Of a stretch of 64,000 bases of DNA, positions 1 through 12,446 are shown in pieces (the first letter of the stretch is position 1; each line of letters opens with the position of its first letter). Under the pieces are notes generated by a model. It did no database searches. It was not told the DNA's origin and saw only the letters and a program-made list of their open reading frames with translations. The translations under genes and the position numbers were made by a program. The DNA is from Octopus vulgaris (taxonomy: Eukaryota), in assembly GCA_951406725.2 (NCBI GenBank), contig OX597822.1:69006001-69070000 (forward strand). Reading direction: 5' to 3'.

Positions 1-259
1 ACTACTCCTACATTGTTCACCATAGTCAACCACCTTCACTGCCACTGCTGCCAACCTACAACCAGTCTTCACCATCCCCAGCTCCACCATCTGCAGCACC
101 ACCGTCCCCAGAACCACCATCCCCAATGTGACCTCTACAGCGCCAACTGCACCAACATTTGGGGAGCTGCTGCTACTAGCACAAGCACCAGATTATCCAA
201 ATTGGGAGGATCCATGTAAATACACATTTCCTTGACTGTATTTTTCTGAAGATAGACCT

Positions 260-440
260 ATTATCATCATCATCATCATTTAATGTCCGTTGTCCATGCT
301 GGCATGGGTTGGACGGTTTGACCAGAGCTGGCAAGCTGGAAGGCTGCATCAAATTCCAATCTGATTTGGCTTGGTTTCTAAGACTGGATGCCCCTCCTTA
401 TGCCAACCACTTTACACAGTGAGCTGGGTGCTTTTGACAA
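260..440 (-). mobile_element. RTE 3' tail fragment (representative of many copies, e.g. 5485-5678, 6225-6440, 16630-17096, 20815-20980, 45983-46262, 46745-46897, 49024-49180, 52310-52685, 56465-56650)
   Basis: Shared motif ggaagggcatccagc...ccaacccatgctagcatggaaa...(gat)n, the same as the 3'UTR end of the intact LINE. Confidence 0.8.
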
Positions 441-592
441 GGCACTGACACAAGGCCTTTAACTCCAAAATATAAAGATATTTTTAAAAGACTTTCTGCA
501 TTGTTACAAACTTTCCTTATTTCTCCTTTTATTCATTTTTCTAACTCAAATCTGTTTTTTTTTTTTTTCTGATATTTCTTTTTGTAGAAACC

Positions 593-1045
593 ATGACTTT
601 TGAAATTGTGGAAAAACTAAAGGTAAAAGCTGAAAGTATTTCAGCCAACCACATTTCTGTTATAGTCCTTCTGTTCCTCATCGTGTATCTCTTCCGTGCT
701 GATGATATCTACAACCTGCAGCCAATGTGGAGAAAGCGGGCTGACACTCACCTCTATGCCAATGGGAAATATCCTTTAGAAAATGAAGCATTACCATCAC
801 CCATTGTGACCGATCTCGACAGTGATGGCACCAATGAAATCATCCTGCTCTCAAATGACATGAAACTCAGCATCCTTGTTTTACCAGACGTTGATAACAG
901 AGACGAAGAAGACAAAATCCTTCCTCACGTCATTGTCAAATGCAAGACTATGTTGAGCCCCAAGTCTGAGCAGCTAGGCTGGCCCGTTGCCATGACAACT
1001 GGTTACTTGCTTCCTTATAAGTCGATGGTCCAAGTCAGGAAACAG
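593..1045 (+). CDS. NERD1-like: Coding exon 1 (signal anchor + first FG-GAP motif)
   Basis: Polypyrimidine tract + tag acceptor ends at 587, so a 5'UTR exon lies upstream. aaaccATG at 593. Donor CAG|gtgagt at 1046, phase 0. Confidence 0.92.
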
Positions 1046-1146
1046 GTGAGTGTCATGTTTTTTGATGCATTTAATTCTTTCAATGAGTCTGTTTAGTATG
1101 TGTGTTTGAAGGTACATGACTAAGTAGTTAGGTTGTGGGTTCAATA

Positions 1147-1500
1147 CTCTTTTACTTGTTTCAGTCATTTGACTGTGGCCATGCTGGAGCACCGCCTTTA
1201 GTTGAGCAAATCGACCCCAGGACTTATTCTTTGTAAGCCTAGTACTTATTCTATTGGTGTCTTTTGCCAAACCGGTAAGTTACGGAGACGTAAACACACC
1301 AGCATTGGTTGTCAAGTGATGTTGGGGAGACAAACACAGACACACAAACATACACATGCACACATACATATACATATATGCATATACATATACATATATG
1401 CATATATACGAGGGGCTTCTTTCAGTTTCTGTCTATCAAATCCACTCACAAGGCTTTGGTCGGCCCGAGGCTATAGTAGAAGACACTTGCCCAAGGTGCC
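1147..1500 (-). mobile_element. tRNA-derived SINE family A (5'-truncated)
   Basis: Body ccttgggcaagtgtcttctactatagcc...central (TA)n/(TG)n...gactgaaacaagtaaaaga. Confidence 0.85.
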
Positions 1501-2566
1501 AATCAACAGAACAGCCTGCTCGTGAAATTAATGTGCGAGTGGCTGAGCACTCCACAGACACATGCATGCTTAATGTAGTTCTCAGGAAGATTCAACATGG
1601 CACAGAACGTGACATGGCAAGACCTTTGAACTACAGGTACAACTTATTTTTGCCAGCTGAGCAAACTGGAGCAACATGAAATAAAGAGTCTTGCTCAAGG
1701 ACACAATGTGTAGCCAGGAATTGAACTCATGACTTTATGATTGTGGACTGAATACCTTAACCTTCATGCGCTTTCACAGTCAAATAATAAGTCAGTGTAG
1801 AATCAGCGACACCAAACATGTGGCACCAAAATGGTCCAGGCCAGAATGTCTCGTGCCTAGCTTTCTTATTTCTTTATTGCCCACAAGGGGCTAAACAGGG
1901 ACACATAAAGGGATTAAGTCGATTACATCGACCCCAGTGCGTAACTGATACTTAATTTATCGACCCCGAAAGGATGAAAGGCAAAGTTGACCTCGGCGGA
2001 ATTTGAACTCAGAACATAACTGCAGACGAAATACCGCTAAGCATTATTGCCCGGCGTGCTAACGTTTCTGCCAGCTCACCGTCTTTTCTCATACTTAGCT
2101 TTCTTATGTAAGTAGTGATGTATGTCTTGCTTTTTTTCATTTTAAATAGCACAGGACATTAACACAAGTAGAGATTGAACTCAGCATCTTAAGCGTTACT
2201 GCTATAGGATATCCCACAAATACATAAATTTGAATTTTGAAACAAGGAAGATTCATAGAATCATCATCATCGTTTAACGTCCACTCTCCATGCTGGCATG
2301 GGTTGGACAGTCCGACTCAGGACTGGCAAGCCAGGAGGCTGCACCAGGCTCCAATCTGATCTGGCAAGGTTACTACAGCTGGATCAGATTGGAGCCTAGT
2401 GCAGCCTCCTGGCTTGCCAGTCCTCCGTCAAACCGTCCAACCCCCATGCCAGCATGGAAAGCGAACGTTAAACGACGACAATAATGATGATAATGATTCT
2501 TGAATCATTCTTGAATTAGGAATATTCCCGTAATATCTCCAATGTTCTTATTGCTGTTACTTTTAG

Positions 2567-2805
2567 GTTATTGTCGTAGTAACTGATCACTGGCAGGTTT
2601 TGTGTTTTGATGAAAACTTGCAACTGCTTTGGACACAACAACTGCGTAACATGTCTGGCACGGCCCACTCACAGTTCTACATGAAGTCCATGTCGGTTTT
2701 GGTGCTGCCTTTCTCTGTGAAGAAGTCTGACACAGGAATGATCATCGTCGGTGGTAGCTATGGACACAAAGTTCACAAGGATGAACATACAGACAAGAAC
2801 GAAAC
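2567..2805 (+). CDS. NERD1-like: Coding exon 2 (VIVVVTDHWQVLCFDENLQLLW...DKNE)
   Basis: ttttag acceptor at 2566; AC|gtgagt donor at 2806, phase 2. Confidence 0.92.
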
Positions 2806-3215
2806 GTGAGTATTATAATTATATATCGGAAGAGTGTCGAAATGGCAGAGGCGGAAGAGTGCCGAGCTAAATGTCCTGTGATTTTTGTTGTGTATATTTA
2901 TATTCTGAATTCATACCACAACAGATTTCACCATGATGGTCATCATTGTTTTTATGCCCACTTGCTTGCATGGGCTGGATGAGTTTATTGAGGCAGATTT
3001 TCTCTGGCTGGATGCTCTTCCTGTTGCCAAGCTTCACCTTTTCCAGGCAGGGAGGGTCATATTTCCTATGGCCAGACATGTTTTTGCAGAATATTGGAAA
3101 TGAATGACACTGCTTGTATGACAGTGACACTCATTTACGACTATCATGTGATGTCAGGACAAGATACACACACACACGCACCACATACACACCTTATATC
3201 ATATATTTATTTACA

Positions 3216-3382
3216 TAGAAGTGGCTGTGTGGTAAGTAGCTTGCTTACGAACCACATGATTCCTGGTTCAGTCCCACTATGTGGCACCTTGGGCAAGTGC
3301 CTTCTACTATAGCCTCAGGCCAACCAAAGCTTTGTGAGTGGATTTGGTAGATGGAAACTGAAAGAAGCCCGTCGTATATATG

Positions 3383-3413
<31 letters not shown>

Positions 3414-3608
3414 CAGTGTTTGTACCCCCAGCATCGCTTGACAACCGGTGCTGGTGTGTTTACATCCCCATAACTTAGCGGTTTGGTAAAAGAGACCGAT
3501 AGAATAAGTACTAGGCTTATAAAGAATAAGTCCTGGGGTCGATTTGCTCGACTAAAGGTGGTGCTCCAGCATGGCCACAGTGAAATGACTGAAACAAGTA
3601 AAAGAGTA
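3216..3608 (+). mobile_element. SINE family A (other copies ~11300-11713 +, 22516-22908 -, 24564-25122 +, 27809-28214 -, 29139-29658 +, 32351-32755 +, 40646-40973 +, 51482-51935 +, 56752-57105 +, 61491-61878 +)
   Basis: tRNA-like head gtggctgtgtggtaag...ggttcagtccc; conserved body and tail repeated more than 10 times in the window. Confidence 0.88.
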
Positions 3609-4124
3609 TACGATGAGTCAGTTTCCATCTTCCAAATGACTCCCAATGCTTTGTGTGACCATGTCTATAGTAAAAGGGACTTGCCCAAGGTGCTACTCAG
3701 TGGGACTGAACCTGAAACCATGTGGTTGGGAAGCAAACTACCTAATCACACAGCTGAGTAGCAATATTATAGTAACAATAAAGGCAGCAAGCTGGCAGAA
3801 TCGTTAGCAAGCCGGACAAAAAGCTTAGCGTCATTTTGTTTGTCTTTACATTTTGAGTTCAAATTCTGTCAAGGTTGACTTGGCTTTTCATAGTTTTTGG
3901 GGTCAATAAAATAAGTACCACTTGAACACTGGGGTCAATGTAAATGATTTACTCCCTCCCCCGAAATTGCTGGTCTTGTGCCTGAGTATGAAACCATTAT
4001 TATTATTACAATAATAGAAAGTACAGCATCAATAATATTAAGTATTTAATAATACTATTTTCTGAGCAGTGGCAGCTCGTGTATAGACCCTGCGGAACTG
4101 CAGCACCCCTTATTTAAAGTCCTT

Positions 4125-4340
4125 AAAGCAGCAAGTTGGGAGAAGTGTTACTACGGCGGGCAAAATGCTTATCGGTATTTCATCTGTCTTTATGTTCAGA
4201 GTTCAAATTCTGCCGAGGTCAATTTTGCCTTTCATCCTTTCGGGGTCAGTAAATTAAGTACCAGTTACATACTGGGGTCGATTTAATCAACTGGCCCCCT
4301 CCTCAAAAATTTCGGGCATTGTGCCTAGAGCAGAAAAGAA
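4125..4340 (+). mobile_element. SINE family B (MetaSINE-like core) with 14-bp TSD
   Basis: Core gcctttcatcctttcggggtc..taaattaagtaccag; TSD tatttaaagtcctt at 4111-4124 and 4341-4354. Confidence 0.85.
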
Positions 4341-5701
4341 TATTTAAAGTCCTTTTGTGTTGAATAGTGTTGGATGCAGTAATGAAATAGCTTAACGTAT
4401 TTAAACTACTTTATGTAATGGCATATAAAACGCAGTTTTTTTCCATAAAATTATTAAAATAATTTAACAAAAAAATAACTTCGAGTCCTGTATGTGGAAT
4501 TCGAACTATATTACATCCTTTAATGCACAATCCACCCCGTTGAAAAAAAAAAATCTGTTGTTGAAGTTGGGATGTATCCAATATGCATGTGCGTCTTTTT
4601 ATGCCAAATACAGTAGTTGTATTAGTAAGGTTATCTCCCTTGAAGTAAGTTATGCCAGGCAATTTTATAAGATTACTGTTTAGATCTACAATTATCTCTA
4701 TATATAAACAGCAAAATGTCTGTGTGTGTGTGTGTGTGTGCACGTCCTTTATACAAATCCACAATTTTTCAGTTAGAAGGCTCGCACTTTCTATGGTCAT
4801 TCAAAACCGTCCAAGGGTGGTCGTGCACATCTTTACATTTCCCCAGTCACCCTGCAAAGCCATTAAAAAATCAATAGAAGTGACTTTTAAAAAAATTTTC
4901 TATCCAAAACCCAATCAAAATGCTCGAAACTTGATATGCCAATTGAATGCCAGCTAGCTGTATGTGATTGATCGGAGATTTGGACAGTATTCGCGTGTAT
5001 GTGCGCATGCACGCAGCTGTATATGCATGCACTAGCACTATGAGCCGGCGTTGCCGGGTCATAGTGCTAGTTGTTTATTATTTTGGTTCTACTGTTTAAT
5101 TAATTAGTGAAAGTGCATGGTTCAGTGGTTAGTGCGTTGGGCTCACACTCATGATGTTAGTGAGTTCAATTCCGGGCTGTGTTGTATTCTTGCACAAGAC
5201 ACTTCATTTCATGTTGCTCCAGTTTACTCAGCTGTAGAAATGAGTTGCGATGTCACTGGTGCTAAGTTGTATCGACCTTTGCCTCTTCCTTTTAATAACA
5301 TCAGTGGCGTGAAGAAGGGAGGCTGGTATGCATGGGCGACTGCTGGTCTTCTATAAACAAACCTTACCTGCACTTGTGCCTCAGAGGGGAACTTCCTAGG
5401 TGCAATCCCATGGTCATTCATGACCAAAGTGGGGGTCTTTACTCTTTATTAATTAATTGATTAATTTATCGTTATTTTTTTGCCACCTTGTGCTGGTGTC
5501 ACGTGAAAAGTACCCAGTACACTCTATAAAGTGGTTGGCATTAGGACAATTATCCAGCAGTAGAAACCTTGTCAGAACAGACAGTGGAACCTGGCGCAGC
5601 TCTCTCGCTTGCCAATTCTTGTCAAATCGTCCAACCCATGCCAGCATGGAAAGCCGACATTAAATGATGATGATGATTTCTACAATTATTACTTCAGTGA
5701 T

Positions 5702-6044
5702 GTGAAGGCGCATGGCTCAGTGGTTAGAGTGTGGAGCTTACGATTGTGAGGTTGTGAGTTCAATTCCCAGACCGGGCTGCGTGTTGTGTTCTTGAACAAG
5801 ATACCTTATTTCACATTACTCCAGTTCACTAAACTGTAGAAATGATTTGTTATGTCACTGGTGCCAAGCTGTATCAGCCTTTGCCTTTCCCTCGGATAAC
5901 ATCGGTGGCATGGAGAGGGCGGACTGGTATGCATGGGCAATTGATGGTCTTCCATAAACAATCTTGACCGGACTTGTGCCTTGGAGGGTAACCTTCTAGG
6001 TGCAGTCCCATGGTCATTCATGACCGAAGGGGGTGGGGTCACCC
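5702..6044 (+). mobile_element. tRNA-derived SINE family C (other copies ~5110-5445 +, 49886-50230 -)
   Basis: A/B boxes tggctcagtgg / gttcaattccc; TSD tacttcagtgat at 5690-5701 and 6045-6056. Confidence 0.88.
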
Positions 6045-6914
6045 TACTTCAGTGATAGTTTTTGCAGCTGAATATTACCTTTTATTAGTTTCTTCCATAC
6101 ATCCTACTCATGGTATCCTGGGAAAGCAGTTGTACAATGAATAGATGATGTAGAGAACAATTTCCTTTTATATTCATCCGTTTGCTCTTAGTAAATAGTT
6201 GGTCAAATATTTCTTCCAGTTGTGTTGCCAGTACCGCCTGACTGGCCCTCGTGCTGGTGGCACGTAAAAGCACCCACTACACTCTTGGAGTGGTTGGCGT
6301 TAGGAAGGGCATCCAGATGTAGAACTCTGCCAGATCAAGATTGGAACCTGGTGCAGCCATCTGGTTCGCCAGTCCTCAGTCAAATCGTCCAACCCATGCT
6401 AGCATGGAAAGCAGACGTTAAATGATGATGATGATGATGTGTTACAGAATGAAAAAAGTAACGTTTACATTACATGAAACCTTGCTTGTCTTTCATCATC
6501 CTCATCACCACCACCACCACTGTCATCATCGTCATCACTATTATTTAAAATCCACTCTTTTATGTTTGCATGGGTTACGTGGAATTTGTCAAGGCAGATT
6601 TTCTACAGACTTCCTGTTGTCAACCTTCACCTGTTTCTCAGCATGGTAATATTTCTCATAGCTTTTCGAATTCTGCTGAGGTCAACTTTGCCTTTCATCG
6701 TTTCGGGTTCGATGAATTAAGTACCAGCTGCATACTGGGGTCGATCTAATCAACTGCCTACCCTCTCCCACCAAAATTTTGGGCCTTGTGCCTGGAGTAG
6801 AAAAGAATATTTCTCATAGCTTGACATGTTTTTCACAGAAGACTGGAAACCAGCAACACTGCTTGTATGATGGTGATGCTCATCTACAACCATCGTAAGA
6901 TGTCAGGCCAAGTG

Positions 6915-6956
<42 letters not shown>

Positions 6957-7589
6957 GCAGGCTTCTTTCAGTTTCTGTCTACCAAATCTATTCACAAATC
7001 ATTTTTGAGTGGTTTTTTTGGGAGCTGGAACGGATTAATTATATTTTAGTTAATTTCAGTGGGGAAAATTGATTTGTAAAACTAGTAAATCGTAAGTCGA
7101 GCTCGGTCATGGAACAAATTAAACTCGTACTGCGAGGTATTACTGTATTTCTATGTTGAAGATGTTCCAGTGCAAATTAAGTAAGATTTAGACATCTCTT
7201 CAGGATCATGTCATACTAGGTTGTCTCCCTTGGTAAAGTTAACTCCCTTGTAAAACATTTCCCTATACTTTGAATACTTGAATCTATAACTGATTTACAA
7301 TTTATTATACCGGTAAAGATATGCTTTTTTATAAAAGACCCAAGCTATTCTCATAATTTCTAGGATGTTTGCCGTAGGACAAAAAAGCAGGTACTCGTAT
7401 ATTCCTGCTCAACTTCAGTTTATTTACCTCATTCATGTCTTTGCAAAAGGAATAATTGCGACAATTTCCAACTTTTTTCTCTCCTACAATATTATGCTAT
7501 GTAGCTTGATTTCTTAACTTATAAAAAGATCACATTTGAGGACAATTACATTTAATGATCACTTTTTGCGTGTGTGCATTTTTGTTTAA

Positions 7590-7819
7590 CCCTTTTATTA
7601 CTGTATTTATTTTGAGATGCTCTGTGTTTCTTTCAATTACTTTAAATATAACAACAAATTTAGTAAAATAACTTAGTTATCATTCATCTAATGTTAGGAA
7701 TATAAATTGTGACGAAGGTTTGGTGGAAGATTTTAATTCAAAACTTATGAAAACAAGACATTTGTACTCAGAGCCAGAGCCGGTTTCAGCCGGGTTGAGC
7801 CGGGTTGGTATCGAAAGGG
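7590..7819. mobile_element. piggyBac-type MITE family 1
   Basis: TTAA|CCCTTT...AAAGGG|TTAA termini; same ~225-bp body as 11745, 18330 and 18583. Confidence 0.85.
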
Positions 7820-8013
7820 TTAAAGTGTGTGTGTGCTTTGAATGTTTTTACTGCTCTGATTGACATATCACACTGTTATTGTTTACTTTATAAAGATCCA
7901 GTGTATCATATCAATGATATGCTTAAATACGTAAAAGCAAATGGATGTTTGATGTTGTCGATGAAGAGTCTTCAGTTGCTTTAATCAGCCAAACTGCCTG
8001 CTTATTAAATTAA

Positions 8014-8246
8014 CCTTTTTGCCTGTCTGGTATATCATGCTTGACACAGGACATATTTCCCTGATGTCCATGCATCGTATATGATACACATTTCCCGTTT
8101 TTGTCAACCACCAGAGTAACTTGGAACTTATAAGAGGAAAGCTTTATATTATCTAGAACATATAAAACAAGGGCTAATTAAAAGTCTGAAAAACGAGAAT
8201 GGATGTTTAGGACAAATGTATGAAAATGCTTAGAACAGGCAAAAGG
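8014..8246. mobile_element. piggyBac-type MITE (different family)
   Basis: ttaa|cctttttgcctgt ... acaggcaaaagg|ttta terminal inverted repeats. Confidence 0.6.
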
Positions 8247-10588
8247 TTTATGTGAAGGGACTAATTACTCTACAAACACATGCACCCTTAACATAGTTCT
8301 CTGGTGTGATTTATTGTACTTGAGAAGACGTGTCATGCTAAGTAAAATTGTGGCCATGCATGCATACAGCCATGTCCTTTATGGCCATCCCTTCTATGTC
8401 CTCTCTCAGCTGAAAGGTCCTTTGTCTTGTGAGCTCGTAGGTGTTGGTTCCATGTAAAAAAAACATCCATTTCAGTGCCATGTAAAAAGCACCTGTGCTG
8501 GCACCATGTAAAAAGCACCCTTTAGACTCTGTAAAGTGGTTGGCATTAGGAAGGGCATCCAACCATAGAAACCATGTTAAAACAGCGAGCTGGCAGAAAC
8601 GTTAGCATGCCAGGCAAAATGCTTAGCGGTATTTCATCTGCCGTTATGTTCTGAGTTCAAATTCCACCGGGGTTGACTTTGCCTTTCATCCTTTTGGGGT
8701 CGATAAATAAAGTACCAGTTATGCACTGGGGTTGATGTAATCGACTTAATTCCTTTGTCTGTCCTTGTTTGTCTCCTCTATGTTTAGCCCCTTGTGGGCA
8801 ATAAAGAAATAAGAAACCATGATAAAACAGATGTTTAGAGCCTGGGCAGGTGTCCAGCCAACTAGCTCCTGTCAAACCATTCAACCATGCCAGCATAAAA
8901 AATGGACATTAAATGATGAGGATTATGATGATGATGATTCCATCCAACAGGATTCTACATAGTTTCTGTCTACCCATGTTCATTCATAAAACTATAGTGA
9001 AAAACACTTGACCTCTGTAATATAGTAGAAGTATCCCATATAATAATAACAGAGTGAAGATAGCATGTAATATAGTAATATATATAATATAGTAATATAG
9101 TAATATATGTAATATAGTAGGATTGAACTCTGAACCTTGTGTTTCTGTAATGAGCTTCTTAACCTTTCAGTTGTGTCATAACTATGCTGTGTCCATCTCT
9201 TATATTTCTTATTATCTACTTGTTTCATTCATTGGACTGTGGTCATGCTGGGGCTTGAGGGGTTCAGTTGAGCAAATTGCCTCCCCCCCGTACTTATATT
9301 ATAATTCTGATACTTATTTTATCAGTCACTTTTGCTTAACTGCTCAGTTACAGGGATGTAAACAAACCAACACTAGTCATCAAGCAATGGTGGGGAGACA
9401 AACACACACATATATACTCACACACACAGCAAGCTTCCACACAGTTTCCATCTACCAAATTCACCCACAAGGCATTGGCTGGCCAGAGCTATAGTAGAAG
9501 ACACTTGCCTAAGATGCCATACAATGGGACTGAACCAGAGGTGATGCCAGGCTCATCACAGATTTTGCTCAAGACACATGCCTGCTCAAAGAATTTCGTG
9601 TTTTTCCACAATATTTCTAACCCCAAATGGCTTATTCTTTATGTCTAGCGTTATGTCTTTCTCCATTTCTAAGTTAAGGGTGAAAATAAAGCAACCCTGC
9701 AAAACACAACTGATCTTTGCACAGAGACACACACAGAATAACAATAAACATCAGTGATCTGACTGTCATCTGTACTCTTGACAAGAGATGCCAGTTAGTC
9801 TTTACACCTACCAAGCTCCTTCGTTGCTGGATGATTTTTCATTCTTTTAAAAATATTGTAGAATGGAATCTTTTCATAGATTGGAATTTAAATCCTAATC
9901 TCTATAGGATTTTATTGTTTCAAGAAAACATTGAATTTGGATTGCTTTTAATTTTTACGATTATAGATAACAACTCGGGCTGTAACTTCTGAGCCTGAGT
10001 CACGTGTGTGTGAACAATGTTGTGAGAATGTTAGCTACGAATGATATTTTTCAACACAGGGCATTTCTAAGACGACTGCCAGACGCTGAACGAAAATAAA
10101 TGAACTGCGACCTGGCTCAATACAAAAGAGCCCAAGTTATGGGCTACAATGACATACTTGAAGTCAGTGTTGGCAGAAATTAAATCAGCTTGCAAATACA
10201 CACTTACTTTATTAAATCTATACTCAGACTAAGCCTGGACAGCCCAAGTGTTGGAGTCACCACAGGACTGAACCCAAAACCACATAGTTGCAAAGCAAGT
10301 TTCTTAACCACATGGTCATGCCTGTGCCTACATGTTTAAATACGAACATGCAGACAACAATTATTTTTTCTTTTATACATAAATTTAATAAAGATACAGT
10401 TTACTTGGAAAACGACAGCCATAACTGTGTATGTACATATGCATACACAGAATCAGGGAATTGAATTTACGGTAATGCTTGGAAATCTCAAAACATTATG
10501 GTTAATAAGTAGATAGCTCAGAATTGTGATGATTTCAAGAGATCCTCAAGGCAGTGTTATAAGGAATAGCATGCTATGTATTATTAAT

Positions 10589-10873
10589 TGTTTGTTCCTT
10601 CTAGAGCCATGCCCGGCTCATAAGGGCCGGTTTCCCGGTTTCCTTGATGTATAGGTTCCGCACCTGGATGGGACGCTGGTCCGTTGCAGGAGGAAAGAGT
10701 GAGAGAAAGTTGTGGCGAAAGTGTCAGAAGAAGTTCGCCATTACCTCCTGCTGGAGCTGCGTGGAGCTTAGGTGTTTCGCTCATAAACACACACATCACC
10801 CGGTCTGAGATTCAAACCCGCGATCCATCGACTGCGAGTCCGCTGCTCTAACCACGAAGCCATGTGCATCCAC
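10589..10873 (-). mobile_element. tRNA-derived SINE family D
   Basis: TSD atgtattattaat (10576-10588 and 10874-10886); homologous to 44711-45022. Confidence 0.88.
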
Positions 10874-11744
10874 ATGTATTATTAATAGCATGTTGTATAT
10901 TATTACTTGCATATTAATAATTTTTCCCAAATAATGGTTTCAAATTTTGGCATAGGGTCAGTAGTTTTTAAGGGAAAGACGAACTCAATTCCTTACATCG
11001 ATCACAGGACTTGACTAATACTTATTTTATCAACCCCAAGATGATGAAAGGCAAAGTTGACCTTGGCAGAATTTGAACTTAGAACATAAAGACTGACAAA
11101 ATGCTGCTAAGCATTTCATTTGACTTGCTAATGGTTCTGCTGGCTCACCATTTGTGACAGTTCTGGGTTTGTCAGTGATTGAATTAGTTTATATACCTGA
11201 TGAAGGAAATTGTACTGAGGTACAGATTTCCTTATCTATCTATGAATTCAATGCACAATACTTATGACAACAATTCAAAAGCAATGCATAGTATTTGTGT
11301 ACAGGAGTGGCTGTGTAGTAAGTAGCTTGCTTACCAACCACATGGTTCCGGGTTCATTCCCACTGCATGGCACCTTGGGCAAGTGTCTTCTACTATAGCC
11401 TCGGGCAGACCAAAGCCTTGTGAGTGGATCTGGTAGACAGAAACTGAAAGAAGCCTGTCATATATATATATATATGTATCTCTGTGTGTGTGTATATGTT
11501 TGTATGTCTTTATTTGTCCCCCCAACATCGCTTGACAACCGATGCTGGTTTGTTTACGTCCCCATAACTTAGTGGTTCAGCAAAAGAGACCAATAGAATA
11601 AGTACTAGGCTTACAAAGAATAAGTCCTGGGATTGATTTGCTTGACTAAAGGTGGTGCTCCAGCATGGCCACAGTCATTTGACTGAAACAAGTAAAAGAA
11701 AAAGAGTAAAGAGAGATCTAAATGCAAGATTTTGGGTGTATTAA

Positions 11745-11967
11745 CCCTTTTGTTACCATATTTTTGTTGAGATGCTCTGTGTTTTTTTTTCAATTACTTT
11801 AACTATAACAAAGAATTTAGTAAAATAACTTAGTTATCATTAAGCTAGTATTAGGAACATAAATTGTGACTAAGGTTTGGTGGAAGATTTTAATTCAGAA
11901 CATTTGAAAACAATGCATTTGTATTACAGAGCCAGAGGCAGTTTCAGCTGGGTTGGTATCAAATGGG
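11745..11967. mobile_element. piggyBac-type MITE family 1
   Basis: TTAA TSDs and CCC/GGG termini. Confidence 0.85.
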
Positions 11968-12446
11968 TTAATATATAAAATGAGATGCAGGCATTGGTGT
12001 GTCATTGAGGGGCTCACTTTCCATCCATGTGGTCTCAGGTTCAGTTCCACTGTGTGGTATCTTAGGCAAGTTTCTTCTTTTATAGCCCTGGGTTCAGCAA
12101 AGTGTTGTGAGTGGATTTGGTAGATGGAAACTGAAGGAAGCCTGTTGCGTGTGTGTGTGTGTGTACTCATGCCTTGACAGTGTGTGATGATTGTAAGTGA
12201 GGGAAGGTGAGAAAAGTAGAATTGGTTTCAAGAGAAGGAAGATATAAAGGGTTGTGTAAAAAAGGGGAGAGAAGAGATAAGTACTAATTCTGAGGTGATT
12301 ATAGCAAGAGAAGCAGCTGAGTAGTGCCATAGTTAGGAGGGTGATGGAGGGATGGGTGTTAAGAGAATGAGATGAGAGGAATGCAGACTAGGTGTAAGGA
12401 TATGGCTTAGTGTGTGTGTAGACACAAATATAATGCATTTTAGGAC

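Noticed and set aside
13-219. His/Gln-rich 68-aa ORF
   Set aside because: Low-complexity CAC-rich sequence with no splice or homology support.
1202-1679. Recurrent small ORFs such as YQIHSQGFGRPEAIVEDTCPRC and RISTRLTKNKSWGRF
   Set aside because: They are translations of SINE family A in different copies, not a protein family.
4067-5053. Possible hAT-type element with cagtggcagctcgtg / tatgagccggcgttg ends
   Set aside because: TIR match is too degenerate and no 8-bp TSD is visible.
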